A stretch of 64,000 nt of DNA from Candidatus Yanofskybacteria bacterium RIFCSPHIGHO2_01_FULL_41_26 (GTDB taxonomy: Bacteria > Patescibacteriota > Minisyncoccia > 2-02-FULL-40-12 > GWA2-44-9): contig MGJB01000017.1 in NCBI GenBank assembly GCA_001794055.1, forward strand, positions 21,339 through 85,338, read 5' to 3'. The notes beneath the pieces were generated by a model. The model had not been told where the DNA came from, did no database searches, and saw only the letters and a list, made by a program, of their open reading frames with translations. Each line of letters opens with the position of its first letter. The first letter of the stretch is position 1. Made by a program: the position numbers and the translations under genes. This document shows positions 39,551 through 50,318 of the stretch, piece after piece.

Positions 39551-40195
39551 TTAAATATTTAATTTTAAAATTAGTATCCAGGCAATAGCGAAACCGACCA
39601 AGGCAAACAATGCACTGGCAACAAGCCAAATTTTCGCTCTTGCCCTAGATACAAGTATAAACTTCTTATCGAAATTGTTAAGGAAATTGTTGATAACTTC
39701 TTCAACGCGCAGTTGTTCTTGAAACTTGCGGGCATCAATATTCTGCTCACCCATGAATTTGATAATGTCATGTCGACCAATAACGCCGGTCAATATTTTC
39801 TGCTCATTAACCACGGGCAGAGATACATTCATGTTTTTTGAAAATAAATCAATTATTCCAAATATCGAATCCCCTTCTTTTGCAAAATAGGGATCGTCAT
39901 TCATGGCATCTTTCACTTTTAATTCGGATATTTTTTCAAGTTCTTTTTTTACTGGCTCGGCATCGCTCTTATACAATTCGACTGTTTTAAAAATCCTCAA
40001 GAATGTTGGCAAGTGAACTGATGTTCCCCTTATAATCATATCGCTATTTGTAATGCTCCCCACAAGATAACCCCCAATAACAACCGGCAAGCCGTTAAAG
40101 CCATTCTTCAAAATCAAATTAACAGCTTCAATTAAGCTTGTATCAGGAGTAACGGTTACAATGTTTTTGACCATTATATCTGCTGCTGTTTTCAT
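39551..40195 (-). CDS. CBS-domain protein with C-terminal TM
   Basis: A.DIM..NIVTV.PD, GLPV, KVKDAM, LPVV...GVI. Confidence 0.88.
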   Translation of the reverse strand: MKTAADIMVKNIVTVTPDTSLIEAVNLILKNGFNGLPVVIGGYLVGSITNSDMIIRGTSVHLPTFLRIFKTVELYKSDAEPVKKELEKISELKVKDAMNDDPYFAKEGDSIFGIIDLFSKNMNVSLPVVNEQKILTGVIGRHDIIKFMGEQNIDARKFQEQLRVEEVINNFLNNFDKKFILVSRARAKIWLVASALFALVGFAIAWILILKLNI

Positions 40196-40202
40196 CGATA
40201 GT

Positions 40203-42629
40203 TTAAACTAATGCCACCGAGGCCAATCCGTCGCCTGATTCTACCCTCATAATCCTGACGCCTTGAGTAGCACGTCCAAGCACGGAGACGCTGTCTATTG
40301 ATGTACGAATTACAACACCTTTGCGCGAAACGGCGATTAATTCTTTATTTTCTTCCGAGGTAATATGGGCTGAAACCAATTTACCAGTTTTTGGTGTAAT
40401 TTTAGCCGTCATAATTCCCCGGCCGCCCCGGTTCTGAACTTTGTAAAATTTCAAATCTGTGCGCTTGCCATAGCCATTGGCCATGACAACCAATATCTTC
40501 AGGCCTTTTTCTACACCGGCAGGAACAACGTCAGCTCCGACAACTTTTTCTTGTTTTTCTAACCTCATACCGATAACCCCCGAAGCGCCCCTGCCCATTG
40601 CCCGCACATCTTTTTCTTTAAAGCGAATAGAATTGCCACCGGAAGAAACCATCATTACTTGGTCATTGCCGGAAGTAGTCACAACCCAACCAAGCTGATC
40701 ATCGCCCTTTAATTTGATCGCCACCATGCCGCTACTTCGAACTTTGGAGAAAGCATCTGTGTCAACTTTTTTAATGATACCGTTGGCAGTGGCCATGAAA
40801 AGAAATCCTTTGGAATCCTTCGGCACTGGGACTACGGCCGTAATTATCTCGCTAGGTGAAATATTCAAAAAATTAACTATCGCTTTGCCCTTGGATTGAC
40901 GGGACGATTCCGGAACTTCGTAACCTTTTGTTTGAAATACTTTTCCTGTATTAGTAAAGAACAACAAACTATCGTGGGTATTGGCCATGAAAAACTGGGA
41001 AATGACATCTTCTTCTTTGGTGGCCATACCGATTAAACCCTTACCGCCTCGTTTTTGAGATTTTAATCCTTCGGGTTGTATTCTCTTTATGTATCCACCG
41101 TGAGTAATCATGAACAAGGAATCCTCCTCCGGCATCAATTCGTCTTCCCCTATCTCTCTCAAGGCCGACTTAACCACTTTTGTCCGTCTTTCATCGCCAA
41201 ATTTTTCTCTGATTTCTTTGAATTCTTCTTTTATTACTCCCAAAATTTTCTTCGGACTTGCCAGCAAGTCTTCGAGATACGCGATAAGATCCAGTTTTTC
41301 TTTCAATTCGTCATTAATTTTCTTCCTCTCTAGACCAGCCAGAGCCTGCAATCTCATATCCAAAATAGCCAAAGCTTGCTTATCGGAAAACTTGAATTTT
41401 TTTATTAAATTATTAAAAGCATCTTCTTTTGATTCAGAAGCTCTGATTGTTTTGATTATCTCGTCAATGTGATCAAGGGCCTTTTTAAGTCCTTCTAAAA
41501 TATGGGCCCTGTCTTTGGCCTTCTGAAGTTCGAATCTAGTCCTTCGAATTACAACTTCGCGACGATGGTCAACAAATTTCTCAAGAAGTCCTTTCAGGCC
41601 TAAAATTTGGGGTTGAGTGCCCCCATCAACCAAGGCTAGCATATTGAAATGAAAAGCTTTCTGAAGCTCTGTGTATTTGAAGAGTTGATTAATAACTTTC
41701 TTGGGAAAAGCGTCTTGTTTCAGGTCAATTGCGATTCTTAGTCCATCTTTATCGGATTCGTCTCGAATATCTCTAATGCCTTCTATTTTCTTTTCTTTCA
41801 CAAGATCGGCTATCTTCATTATCAACTCGGCCTTATTCACCTGATAAGGTATTTCAGAAACTATTATCTGATAACCTTTTTTGTTTTCCACGATATCGGC
41901 CTGGCCTCGCATTATTATGGGACCACGGCCAGTGGCATAAGCGCTGAGGATATCTTTTTCGTTATATATGATTCCCCCAGTCGGAAAGTCCGGTCCTTTT
42001 ATAAATTGAGTTAGGTCTTTTACGTCCGCTTCCTTGTTGTCTATAAGATAAGCCAACGCATCTAAAACTTCGGTTAAATTGTGTGGGGGTATGTTGGTGG
42101 CCATGCCGACAGCAATGCCCATAGAACCGTTTATGAGAAGATTGGGAATTCGAGAGGGCAGTACTGTTGGTTCTTTAACCGATGAATCATAATTATCTTG
42201 AAAATTAACAGTTTCCTTGTCAATATCAGCAAGCAGCGATTCAGATATTGAGGCCAGCCGACATTCTGTATAACGCATGGCAGCCGGAGCGTCAGCATCA
42301 ATCGATCCAAAATTTCCTTGACCTTGAACCAGCGGGTATCTTAAAGAAAAATCCTGGGCCATGCGAACCATAGAATCATAGATGGCCGTATCTCCATGCG
42401 GATGAAAGGAACCCATGGTTGTACCGACAACCTTGGCTGACTTTTGAAATTTTGCGGTCGGTCTTAATCCCATTTCGTGCATCGCATACAAAATCCTCCG
42501 ATGAACCGGTTTTAAACCATCTCTGATATCCGGCAAGGCGCGGGCAACAATAACGCTCATCGCATATTCCAAATAAGCCTGCTGCATTTCCTGGACTATT
42601 TCCCTTTGTTTTATTTGGCCTTCAGCCAT
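40203..42629 (-). CDS. gyrA: DNA gyrase subunit A
   Basis: [28 protein letters not shown], GyrA box QKRGGKG. Confidence 0.97.
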   Translation of the reverse strand: MAEGQIKQREIVQEMQQAYLEYAMSVIVARALPDIRDGLKPVHRRILYAMHEMGLRPTAKFQKSAKVVGTTMGSFHPHGDTAIYDSMVRMAQDFSLRYPLVQGQGNFGSIDADAPAAMRYTECRLASISESLLADIDKETVNFQDNYDSSVKEPTVLPSRIPNLLINGSMGIAVGMATNIPPHNLTEVLDALAYLIDNKEADVKDLTQFIKGPDFPTGGIIYNEKDILSAYATGRGPIIMRGQADIVENKKGYQIIVSEIPYQVNKAELIMKIADLVKEKKIEGIRDIRDESDKDGLRIAIDLKQDAFPKKVINQLFKYTELQKAFHFNMLALVDGGTQPQILGLKGLLEKFVDHRREVVIRRTRFELQKAKDRAHILEGLKKALDHIDEIIKTIRASESKEDAFNNLIKKFKFSDKQALAILDMRLQALAGLERKKINDELKEKLDLIAYLEDLLASPKKILGVIKEEFKEIREKFGDERRTKVVKSALREIGEDELMPEEDSLFMITHGGYIKRIQPEGLKSQKRGGKGLIGMATKEEDVISQFFMANTHDSLLFFTNTGKVFQTKGYEVPESSRQSKGKAIVNFLNISPSEIITAVVPVPKDSKGFLFMATANGIIKKVDTDAFSKVRSSGMVAIKLKGDDQLGWVVTTSGNDQVMMVSSGGNSIRFKEKDVRAMGRGASGVIGMRLEKQEKVVGADVVPAGVEKGLKILVVMANGYGKRTDLKFYKVQNRGGRGIMTAKITPKTGKLVSAHITSEENKELIAVSRKGVVIRTSIDSVSVLGRATQGVRIMRVESGDGLASVALV

Positions 42630-42733
42630 ATGCTTTGCTTCAGCTTATCAAGTAAAAAGTCCATAAAGTTTATCAAGTTTTTAGAACTTAATTATACTTT
42701 ACGAACTTTATTAACTTTACAAACCTTATTAAC

Positions 42734-43087
42734 CTATTTCTTCTCCGACAATGGCAGCGTGTACACCTTTCCTAAATCGTTGGCTTTCGTATTGTCGATA
42801 GTAATGTCTTTTTTGTCGTCGTTGGTCAAATTAAAAATACTAAAAAATGCGGCTTTAAGGTCCTGTCCCGTCTTGCCTATATCTCCCAGCAATGAAGGCA
42901 CATTCTTGTTTTCGGCTAAATTTCTTTGGTCTGTGATTTCTCCAGGATTTAATAGTACATACAAATTCTTCTCAAATGAGTTATACCAAATCATTCCCAC
43001 CAATGAAATAGTTGTAACAACACAAAGACCGAACATTATTTCTCTGTGGTGTCGTGGTTGTTTGCGTATCTCGTCTAAGAAACTCAT
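42734..43087 (-). CDS. Hypothetical membrane protein
   Basis: Single TM; co-oriented within the operon. Confidence 0.65.
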   Translation of the reverse strand: MSFLDEIRKQPRHHREIMFGLCVVTTISLVGMIWYNSFEKNLYVLLNPGEITDQRNLAENKNVPSLLGDIGKTGQDLKAAFFSIFNLTNDDKKDITIDNTKANDLGKVYTLPLSEKK

Positions 43088-43089
43088 CG

Positions 43090-43749
43090 TTACGTTTGAA
43101 ACATTATCAATTTCATTTCTTCCGCTGGAAGAAGTTTTTTTGATATTTTATATTTACCTGCCCCGAGCGAAGTCGAGGAGTCTACCTTTTCCGGCGTCAG
43201 CCCTAATTCTTTCACAAACTTTTCAGGGCCTTCTATCTCAACTCTCAAGTCTTTCAATTTGTAATGCATCGGAATTATTATCTTCGGCTCAATCTGACTG
43301 ATAACTCCGATAGCCTCTTTATAATTAATTGTATAATTTCCTCCGACAGGAACCAAGAGTATATCTACGTCGCCGATATCATCTACCTGGCTCTCGGTCA
43401 ACTTCTCCTGGCCCAAATCACCCAGGTGGCAAATGGTCATTTCTTCAGCTTTGATTACATATATTATATTGAGTCCCCGCTCCTTGCCTTCAGTCTTGTC
43501 ATGATATGAAGAGATCCCCCTGATAGCAATTCCTTTCTTCTCGTATTCACCTGGCGTGTTTATCAAAAAAGCTTCTGGATTTATCTCGTCCACATTGTTG
43601 TGATCATCATGACCGTGAGATACCAAAACAATATCATCCTTAATTTTGGGTGGTTTTAAACCAATTTCCTTAGAAAATGGGTCAATCAAAATACTGCCTT
43701 CTTTGGATTCTATCCTGAAACAGCTATGCCCAAACCAGTTAATCGTCAT
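43090..43749 (-). CDS. MBL-fold metallo-hydrolase (Lactamase_B_3-like)
   Basis: WFGHSCF, SHGHDDH, HLGD, IPMHY. Confidence 0.9.
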   Translation of the reverse strand: MTINWFGHSCFRIESKEGSILIDPFSKEIGLKPPKIKDDIVLVSHGHDDHNNVDEINPEAFLINTPGEYEKKGIAIRGISSYHDKTEGKERGLNIIYVIKAEEMTICHLGDLGQEKLTESQVDDIGDVDILLVPVGGNYTINYKEAIGVISQIEPKIIIPMHYKLKDLRVEIEGPEKFVKELGLTPEKVDSSTSLGAGKYKISKKLLPAEEMKLIMFQT

Positions 43750-43931
43750 GCTCTAATCTTAGCAAATTTTTAGTAGCAAATCAATAGCAAAATCGACACT
43801 CCGCCCCATCGTCTTCGTCAACCATTCGCGTTTCGCAGTTGCAAAATTTGGGGAGTTGAGGTATAGTACTGACTACAAAAGTAAATCTTTAATGCCAAGG
43901 ATCAGGAGCCGGTCGTGAGTTAACGCCGGCC

Positions 43932-45083
43932 ATGACTGATGCTAGGCAAATCAGTTCAATGCAAATCAACAATTCAGATATCAAATCAATGAAAGACCTC
44001 CTTTTCAAGGAGGAGTTTTTTCTGCCTAAGCCGGGAAATATATTAAGTGGACAGATAATTAACATCTCCAAAGCCAATGTTGTTGTGGACTTGGGTCACA
44101 TTGGAATCGGCATAGTTTATCCAGGCGAATTTTATGACAACCCCGACAGAATGAAGGGTTTAAAGCCTGGAGACAAAGTATCGGCAATGCTTATTGAGCT
44201 TGAGAATGATGATGGTTACCGAGAGCTGTCTTTGAGATCTGCTCAAATGACTACCGCCTGGCAGGATATTAAAGAAAAGATGGATGCAAGTGAAGTCATT
44301 ACCACCAAAATAGTTAACATCAACAAAGGCGGTCTTATTGTTGAAGTAAGTGGAATTCAGGGCTTCCTTCCACTCTCGCAATTATCGTCTGAACATTATC
44401 CAAAAATAGACGGCGGAGACACCACCAAAATAGTCCAGGCCCTCCAGAAATTCAAAGGCATGGAATTCCAGGTCAAAATTCTTGATTTTAACGAAACGGA
44501 AAACAAGTTAATTGTTTCTGAAAAAGCAATCAAAGAAGAAGCCGCCAAAGAAGAGCTCTCAAAATTAAAAGTCGGAGATTTGATTGAAGGCAAAATAACC
44601 GAGGTTACCGACTTTGGGGCCTTCGTCAAATTAAGCGACACGTTGGACGGTTTGATACACTCATCTGAGATAGATTGGAAATTTATTGAAGACCCGCGAG
44701 AGGTCCTCCATTCGGGAGATGAAATCACTGCAAAAATAATCAGCTTGGAAGGCGGGCGAGTTTCTCTTTCCTTAAAAGCTTTAAAGGAAGATCCCTGGTT
44801 AAAGGCTGAAGAAAAATATCAACCCGGACATAAAGTCAGCGGCCGAGTCATCAAAATCAGAAACAACGGCGCTTTCGTGGAACTCATCGGAGACATAATC
44901 GCTTTTCTGCCGGTGGCGGAACTAGGCGGACAGAATCTTAATGATGTTTTCGAGCTAAATAAAGAATATGAATTTGCCATCGTCAGCTTGGATCCCAAAG
45001 AACACAAAATGGTTTTAACACTACCAGGCAAAAAACCTGTCCAAGAAACTCATGAGGAACCCAAAGAAGAAACTGTTTCCTAA
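43932..45083 (+). CDS. rpsA: 30S ribosomal protein S1 (four S1 domains)
   Basis: NKGGL, GFLPLSQ, DFGAFV, GLIHSSE, VSLSLK. Confidence 0.9.
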   Translation: MTDARQISSMQINNSDIKSMKDLLFKEEFFLPKPGNILSGQIINISKANVVVDLGHIGIGIVYPGEFYDNPDRMKGLKPGDKVSAMLIELENDDGYRELSLRSAQMTTAWQDIKEKMDASEVITTKIVNINKGGLIVEVSGIQGFLPLSQLSSEHYPKIDGGDTTKIVQALQKFKGMEFQVKILDFNETENKLIVSEKAIKEEAAKEELSKLKVGDLIEGKITEVTDFGAFVKLSDTLDGLIHSSEIDWKFIEDPREVLHSGDEITAKIISLEGGRVSLSLKALKEDPWLKAEEKYQPGHKVSGRVIKIRNNGAFVELIGDIIAFLPVAELGGQNLNDVFELNKEYEFAIVSLDPKEHKMVLTLPGKKPVQETHEEPKEETVS

Positions 45084-45295
45084 AATAAGAACTCAGATTT
45101 CTGTCCCTCCTTCGCAAGTACACGAAAGTAAAGTTAAGCCTGTCTCAAGGGCAAAGATAAGACGACATTCTCAAAAAGAAATTAAAGAAGGAATAAAAGA
45201 GATGAATTAATCTCGAAGTTTTAGTTTGACAATCTATTGTTTTTGCTGTAATATATATCAACGTTCATTACCAACTAAACAGGAGACCCGCACAC

Positions 45296-45694
45296 TTGTT
45301 GCACAGAGTCACCGACAGAGTCCCAGCCAACATCACTGCCCGCCACACTTTTGGCGGCCATAGCGAAATCATCATCCCCGAGAATGACGGCTGTCTCGGT
45401 TCTTGGAATGGCGGTAATTTCGAACTTGAGATTGAATCCATAACTGGGTTTTTTGTTACCCAAGCAGATGAAAAAGGGGAAATCGTTGAGCTCCCCTCGG
45501 ATGAACGGGGCAGAAGAAAAAGATTTACCGTATCAGTTCCCCTCTTCTGGTCTGAAAAAGTCGGCCTATTAATAACAAGGCCTCCGTCAAATTATGTGAA
45601 ATTGCAAGAATCCACCAAATCTTCCCGTGTTTGGGAAATCGCCATCATAACAAATGAGACAAAATTCTTTCTTTCGATTAGACCTCTCCGCTAA
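45296..45694 (+). CDS. Hypothetical protein
   Basis: TTG start with AGGAG upstream; own TTGACA promoter. Confidence 0.55.
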   Translation: MLHRVTDRVPANITARHTFGGHSEIIIPENDGCLGSWNGGNFELEIESITGFFVTQADEKGEIVELPSDERGRRKRFTVSVPLFWSEKVGLLITRPPSNYVKLQESTKSSRVWEIAIITNETKFFLSIRPLR

Positions 45695-45812
45695 GAGCAT
45701 GTCCATACAAGTATTTTCTGCCTACGCCCATTGCGTAGGTTTTTTGTTTGACAATTATCGTATTGTCATGTTATAATATCAGCACGTTCGTTTCCAACCA
45801 AAGAGGTGACAA

Positions 45813-46553
45813 GTGAAAAAAATCGCAACGCTCAGCCTATCGGTTAGGCTAGTAGTGTTCCAATACCATGTCAAAAACGCGAGTATCCCCGAAGGTATTC
45901 CGAAGTACTCGGATTTCCACAAACCAACAGCTAGTCAATTTGAAGGCACTGGTGTCCAAGTCATGGGACCAACTCCTGATGTCCTATCAGAATTTATTGA
46001 CAACAGCGACTATCAATTGATTGATGCATGGCACGCCACAGAAGAAGACTGGACTCGGAGTGCCGTTCGATTCGTGTTCTGTCACAAAGAATATCTGAAT
46101 CCAGCTGGGCTTCGTCCGGAATTCGTCACCCAGAGAGACGGCTTACTAGAGTCTTTCAACAGACTCGCAGGCAAAAACCTATGGCAGACAATGGCTCATA
46201 TCAATCCATTTTTTGTCGCCGGAAAAGCAACAGACGAGACAGTTCTCGTGTTGGATTGCAACTCCCGTAAAGAAGCAACGAAGTTTATTCGGGTCGAGAC
46301 CGGAGAATTCAATCTTGTTCCGGCCAAGACCGAAGACGAAGAAGAGATTTTTGTAAAAGAACCTGTCACCGTCATGGTGGAAGAACCAGTTATCGTTTTC
46401 CAGGGTGGCCGGGAAAAAGTGGAACGAGGAATCGGTCCTGGCATCGGACCCAAGGTCCTCTTGACCGACAAAGCCAACCGATTAAAGTTGGTCAGCAACG
46501 AGGTCGTTCTCGTTGCTCCTGAACCAATTCCGGCTTCGGCTTCAGCCACCTAA
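45813..46553 (+). CDS. Hypothetical protein
   Basis: GAGGTG SD, GTG start, TTGACA...TATAAT promoter (45748-45777), hairpin 46579-46600. Confidence 0.7.
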   Translation: MKKIATLSLSVRLVVFQYHVKNASIPEGIPKYSDFHKPTASQFEGTGVQVMGPTPDVLSEFIDNSDYQLIDAWHATEEDWTRSAVRFVFCHKEYLNPAGLRPEFVTQRDGLLESFNRLAGKNLWQTMAHINPFFVAGKATDETVLVLDCNSRKEATKFIRVETGEFNLVPAKTEDEEEIFVKEPVTVMVEEPVIVFQGGREKVERGIGPGIGPKVLLTDKANRLKLVSNEVVLVAPEPIPASASAT

Positions 46554-46670
46554 CTATTTTTAAGGAGTAACACTCCCTGGCCCGCACAAAAGTGCGGGCC
46601 CTTGACTTTTTATACGAAAGGAGTATAATGATGATATACAGTAAAAATTTAGTTACTTTAATAACTTACT

Positions 46671-46780
46671 TAGGAAAGAGCGTTTGAGGAGCGAAGGCGA
46701 CGAAATACTGAGGCCAACAGGCCGAATGTATTCAAAATGATATGGTCTAAGATATCTTCGCAGTTCAAACGCTCTTTCCT
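46671..46780. other. Multibranch stem-loop closed by a perfect 17-bp stem
   Basis: TAGGAAAGAGCGTTTGA...TCAAACGCTCTTTCCTA with internal hairpins. Confidence 0.7.
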
Positions 46781-46896
46781 AAACTACCGCATTTCCGCGG
46801 GATGCCGTCATACGACGACTGCTCCGCTACGCGGGTTGTTATGGGGATGTTCCCCGGAAGAGCTTACGCCCCAAAGGGGCAATTGGAGAGTGTATC

Positions 46897-47715
46897 ATGG
46901 CGAGACAGAATTACAACCGTGTCGGTGTCGAACGTGTGACCGACGAGCAGATTGCAGCGATGGCAAAAACTGGTGTTAGCGACGCCAGCACAGACCTCTC
47001 GGTCGCCGAGCGCGCAGGCGCCGACGACAAGGTCGCGGCCGTCGTGGCGGAGAACGCTCCGCAGCGTGTCTCGACCTTCACACCCGAAGCGCGGGTGTGG
47101 ATCGAGGGCAACAAGGAGCTGAATACCGAGGGCCTCTACGGCCAGCGGAGTCTCCTGGCTATCCGCCCGGAAGACTTCCAGCAGCGCGCACAGTTCCTCG
47201 GACGCCCCCTCACGGTGGCGGATCTCGAGGAGATCCACGGCGTCGACACGTCAGCACCGGCGTCGATGGACTGCACGACCTGCGGGAAGGCTGTGACGTC
47301 CTTCATCCGTACGGCCATGATCGGCCGTGACGGCGACCTGCGCCGCAACCCGGATGGGAACATCACCTACCGCGGTCAGGCCGTGACCACGGGACGTCCG
47401 CTGGCGGTTCACGCAGCTCACACGGGCACGTGCCTGTACAAGTTGCGCAACAACCTCGAACAGACGAAGAAGCTGACGAGTGGCCGAGAGGTCGCCAAGT
47501 TGCTTCACTCGCACTCGTTCGAGCAGGCCAACGCGCGGTTGGCCGGCATCCAGGGTCACTTCAACGCGAAGGACCAGGAGAAGCAGGCGATGAAACAGCG
47601 CCTGGGCGCCAGGACCGGTGGCGACGCCGCCGGATTCAGCAATGGGGCGAACTTCACGCCCCGCACGCCCCGTGGCAAGTCCCGCAAGGAGTCGCGGAAC
47701 TGGAACGCCGAGTAA
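46897..47715 (+). CDS. GC-rich hypothetical protein (CxxC...H..C, basic C-terminus)
   Basis: GGAG SD, strong C/G-ending codon bias, strong hairpin terminator 47731-47780. Confidence 0.8.
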   Translation: MARQNYNRVGVERVTDEQIAAMAKTGVSDASTDLSVAERAGADDKVAAVVAENAPQRVSTFTPEARVWIEGNKELNTEGLYGQRSLLAIRPEDFQQRAQFLGRPLTVADLEEIHGVDTSAPASMDCTTCGKAVTSFIRTAMIGRDGDLRRNPDGNITYRGQAVTTGRPLAVHAAHTGTCLYKLRNNLEQTKKLTSGREVAKLLHSHSFEQANARLAGIQGHFNAKDQEKQAMKQRLGARTGGDAAGFSNGANFTPRTPRGKSRKESRNWNAE

Positions 47716-47978
47716 TATCGACGTCAAGCATCCTTGGGGAGGAAGAGACACTGGTCTCTCTCCTCCCCCGGGGTGTTTTTTAATACTTAAATATTGACTT
47801 ATTTAATGTTTTAGTGTATCATATGATCAGTACCAAAATCTCGGGAGAATTCATCAGGTAGTGAAATTTCCAATTCTAGATTTTCCGACAAAGTCGGATT
47901 TGGAAATTCTACTACCTGACGAGCTCTTCTACAATTGAATAGGTACGAAAGGTACCAAGAAAGAGGGAGGAAAGAGCC

Positions 47979-49478
47979 ATGCAGGAGATCAGGTACGAGG
48001 ATTTGGCTGACCATTTGGCCAGCGGTAAAGATTTTATTGTTGAGCTGGGCGAACAGAAAGGTATCGGTTCCAGCAGTCTCTTGGTTCGCAAGTGCGAAAA
48101 AACATTTCTGATTGACCGCGGTGCCGCCTTTGAAGGCATTGGTACAAACAAAATTACCACCTTCCCTGTCGGCGGGAATCTTGAGGAAATCTACATTGAC
48201 CTCATGATTTTCACCCACGTGCATGCCGATCACATTTTACAAATCGTGCCGACCGTGTTGATGCACGGCGAATCACGAGTGGTATTTTCAAAGAAGACAC
48301 TAGAGGAGCTGAAAATCGTTTTGGCCGATTCTTTGTCTATTCAGAGAAAAGAAGCCAAGAAAGCCTACTACTCTGGATTACCGGCACCGAAAGCCGAGTT
48401 CAACGAAGAAGATGTTGCAACTTTTCTAGCTCGAGCCGAAGCCGGTTTTTATGAAATAGTGGACACCGATGAAGAAGATGAATGGATTACCTTTGAAGAT
48501 TGGCCAGGATGGGAATTCGGATTCACATTTTCCGGACATACTAAGGGAGCCTTCATCTCTCTCATAAAGTCGCCCGATGGCGACGGCCTCGTCTTTTCAG
48601 GCGATTTGTCCGGCCACAATCAGGAAACAACGCGAGGCGTGAAAACGTTGAGCGAAAGTTTCTTGGCAATGGCCGAATTCCGAAAATGCCGGCGAATCAT
48701 TCTTGTTACGGAAGCCACCAACGGCAACCGCGATATTGAAGAGAGCCAAGAAGAGATGGACGCCCGACTCAAGGCTGTCCTGAATGAAACCCAGCGCAAG
48801 GGTGGCCACGCTCTGATGCCGGTATTCATGGTCAATCGTGGACCAAATATCGTTACCAAATTGGTTCGTCTCGGATTTAAAGTGTTCGTTGCCGGCGGGG
48901 TCAGAAAAACCCTTGCCGTAGAAGTTGGAGCTGACATCGTTGAAAAATGGAAGGCCGACGGAACAGTCATGTTCATTGAGAACGGGCCGAACTATTCGAG
49001 CCAGATCAAGGCTGCCTCTCGAGGCGAATATGGCTTCCGGCCAATTGTTACTTCTTCGGCTACGTTAGACCAGGGAGCCGGAGTTGAATTCGCAATCGAG
49101 ATGTTGCCAGTTCCGGAAAATGTATTGATTTCGACCGGTCATCGTTTTGATGGGTCGGCCATGAAGGAGTTTTTTGAGATAAAGAACCGGCCAATTGGGC
49201 CCGGTCATACGATTGTATTGAATAGAATGGATAGAGACTTTCATTCAGTAAAACATGCGGTTAATGTCAGATGTGGCGGACACCACTTTGACTATTCCGC
49301 ACACTCAGATCGGAAAGAGTTGGTCGCATTTACAACCAACCTCAATCCTGACATTATCTTCATAAAGCATTGCACCGAAGACGGATTCAATGGTCTGGAA
49401 TCGGCCCTGCGTAGCGAGTTGAGAGAAAAGTGCCCTCCGATCAGTCGGGCGCGCCACCTCCATTTGTTTGAATTCTAA
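47979..49478 (+). CDS. MBL-fold beta-CASP ribonuclease-like protein
   Basis: THVHADH, SGHT.GA, FSGD, EATNG, YSAHSD, IFIKH. Confidence 0.85.
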   Translation: MQEIRYEDLADHLASGKDFIVELGEQKGIGSSSLLVRKCEKTFLIDRGAAFEGIGTNKITTFPVGGNLEEIYIDLMIFTHVHADHILQIVPTVLMHGESRVVFSKKTLEELKIVLADSLSIQRKEAKKAYYSGLPAPKAEFNEEDVATFLARAEAGFYEIVDTDEEDEWITFEDWPGWEFGFTFSGHTKGAFISLIKSPDGDGLVFSGDLSGHNQETTRGVKTLSESFLAMAEFRKCRRIILVTEATNGNRDIEESQEEMDARLKAVLNETQRKGGHALMPVFMVNRGPNIVTKLVRLGFKVFVAGGVRKTLAVEVGADIVEKWKADGTVMFIENGPNYSSQIKAASRGEYGFRPIVTSSATLDQGAGVEFAIEMLPVPENVLISTGHRFDGSAMKEFFEIKNRPIGPGHTIVLNRMDRDFHSVKHAVNVRCGGHHFDYSAHSDRKELVAFTTNLNPDIIFIKHCTEDGFNGLESALRSELREKCPPISRARHLHLFEF

Positions 49479-49559
49479 ATTAGGGCCTTCTAGTGCCCGG
49501 GCCTCACGTCGCTTGACGTGAGGCCTTTTTTGTGCAATAATTAGCAACAAGGAGGTCTC

Positions 49560-50318
49560 ATGGAGACCGAGCAGACTGAACAGATCTTTGAAGAAACTAC
49601 CACCGAGGAGACTCGGAAGCTAATCCTCACTATTTCTACTATTGCCTTTGATTTCGATTTCGTTACTTCTGACCCATCAAGGTCACGGGCTGACGAAATC
49701 AAGGTTTTATTGGTAAAGAACAAGAAACCTTCCCGCAAAAGCAAAGAAGGTAAGCCGGGTGGGTTTGGACTCCCAACAGGACAAGTAGAGAGCCGTGAAG
49801 CGATACTTCATGCTGTCGAAAGAGAAACCGAGGACGAGTCTGGCTGTTCGGTGAAGAAAATAATCGGCAAACTTTTTGTGATCAAAAAGACCTTAAAGAT
49901 ACCCGGGAAGGAGAATCCGGAAAACCTTCCGAACCATCTTAATTATGAGTCCGTCCCCAACGAGATTCATGTTTTTCTTGTCGAGGCTTCCGAGCCACTA
50001 AGACGGATAAGAGAGGCTGATGAAATCGACGGCTCCGTCGAGCCGTGGAAACCTCTTCGGGAAGTATTTGAAATGCCTCTTGCTCAGGACCGGAGTGGAA
50101 GCAGGAAAAATAGCGACGGCATTTATTTTAGCCACATCAAAAGACTATATACGGCCATTGAGTCGATGATTTACAACCCCGAAGAAGAGCTAGTCGATGG
50201 TGAGGCCATCAAGCGATGGCTTGAGCCTAATCGTCAGGCTCTATACTCGGCAATGTCTGATCTTAGAAAGTCTGGTCTTCTGGAAAACTTTATTACTCCT
50301 GACGAAGCTCAGGAATAA
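49560..50318 (+). CDS. NUDIX hydrolase
   Basis: GLPTGQVESREAILHAVERETEDESG Nudix box. Confidence 0.85.
   Translation: METEQTEQIFEETTTEETRKLILTISTIAFDFDFVTSDPSRSRADEIKVLLVKNKKPSRKSKEGKPGGFGLPTGQVESREAILHAVERETEDESGCSVKKIIGKLFVIKKTLKIPGKENPENLPNHLNYESVPNEIHVFLVEASEPLRRIREADEIDGSVEPWKPLREVFEMPLAQDRSGSRKNSDGIYFSHIKRLYTAIESMIYNPEEELVDGEAIKRWLEPNRQALYSAMSDLRKSGLLENFITPDEAQE

Noticed and set aside
46706-46730. Hammerhead ribozyme (CTGA-GGCC-AACA-GGCC-GAA)
   Set aside because: Lacks the full CUGANGA and GAAA cores; fits the TGAG...CGAA hairpin repeat motif better.
46864-47783. Multiple overlapping ORFs in the GC-rich segment
   Set aside because: Expected stop-codon scarcity at high GC; only 46897-47715 has an SD, codon bias and terminator.
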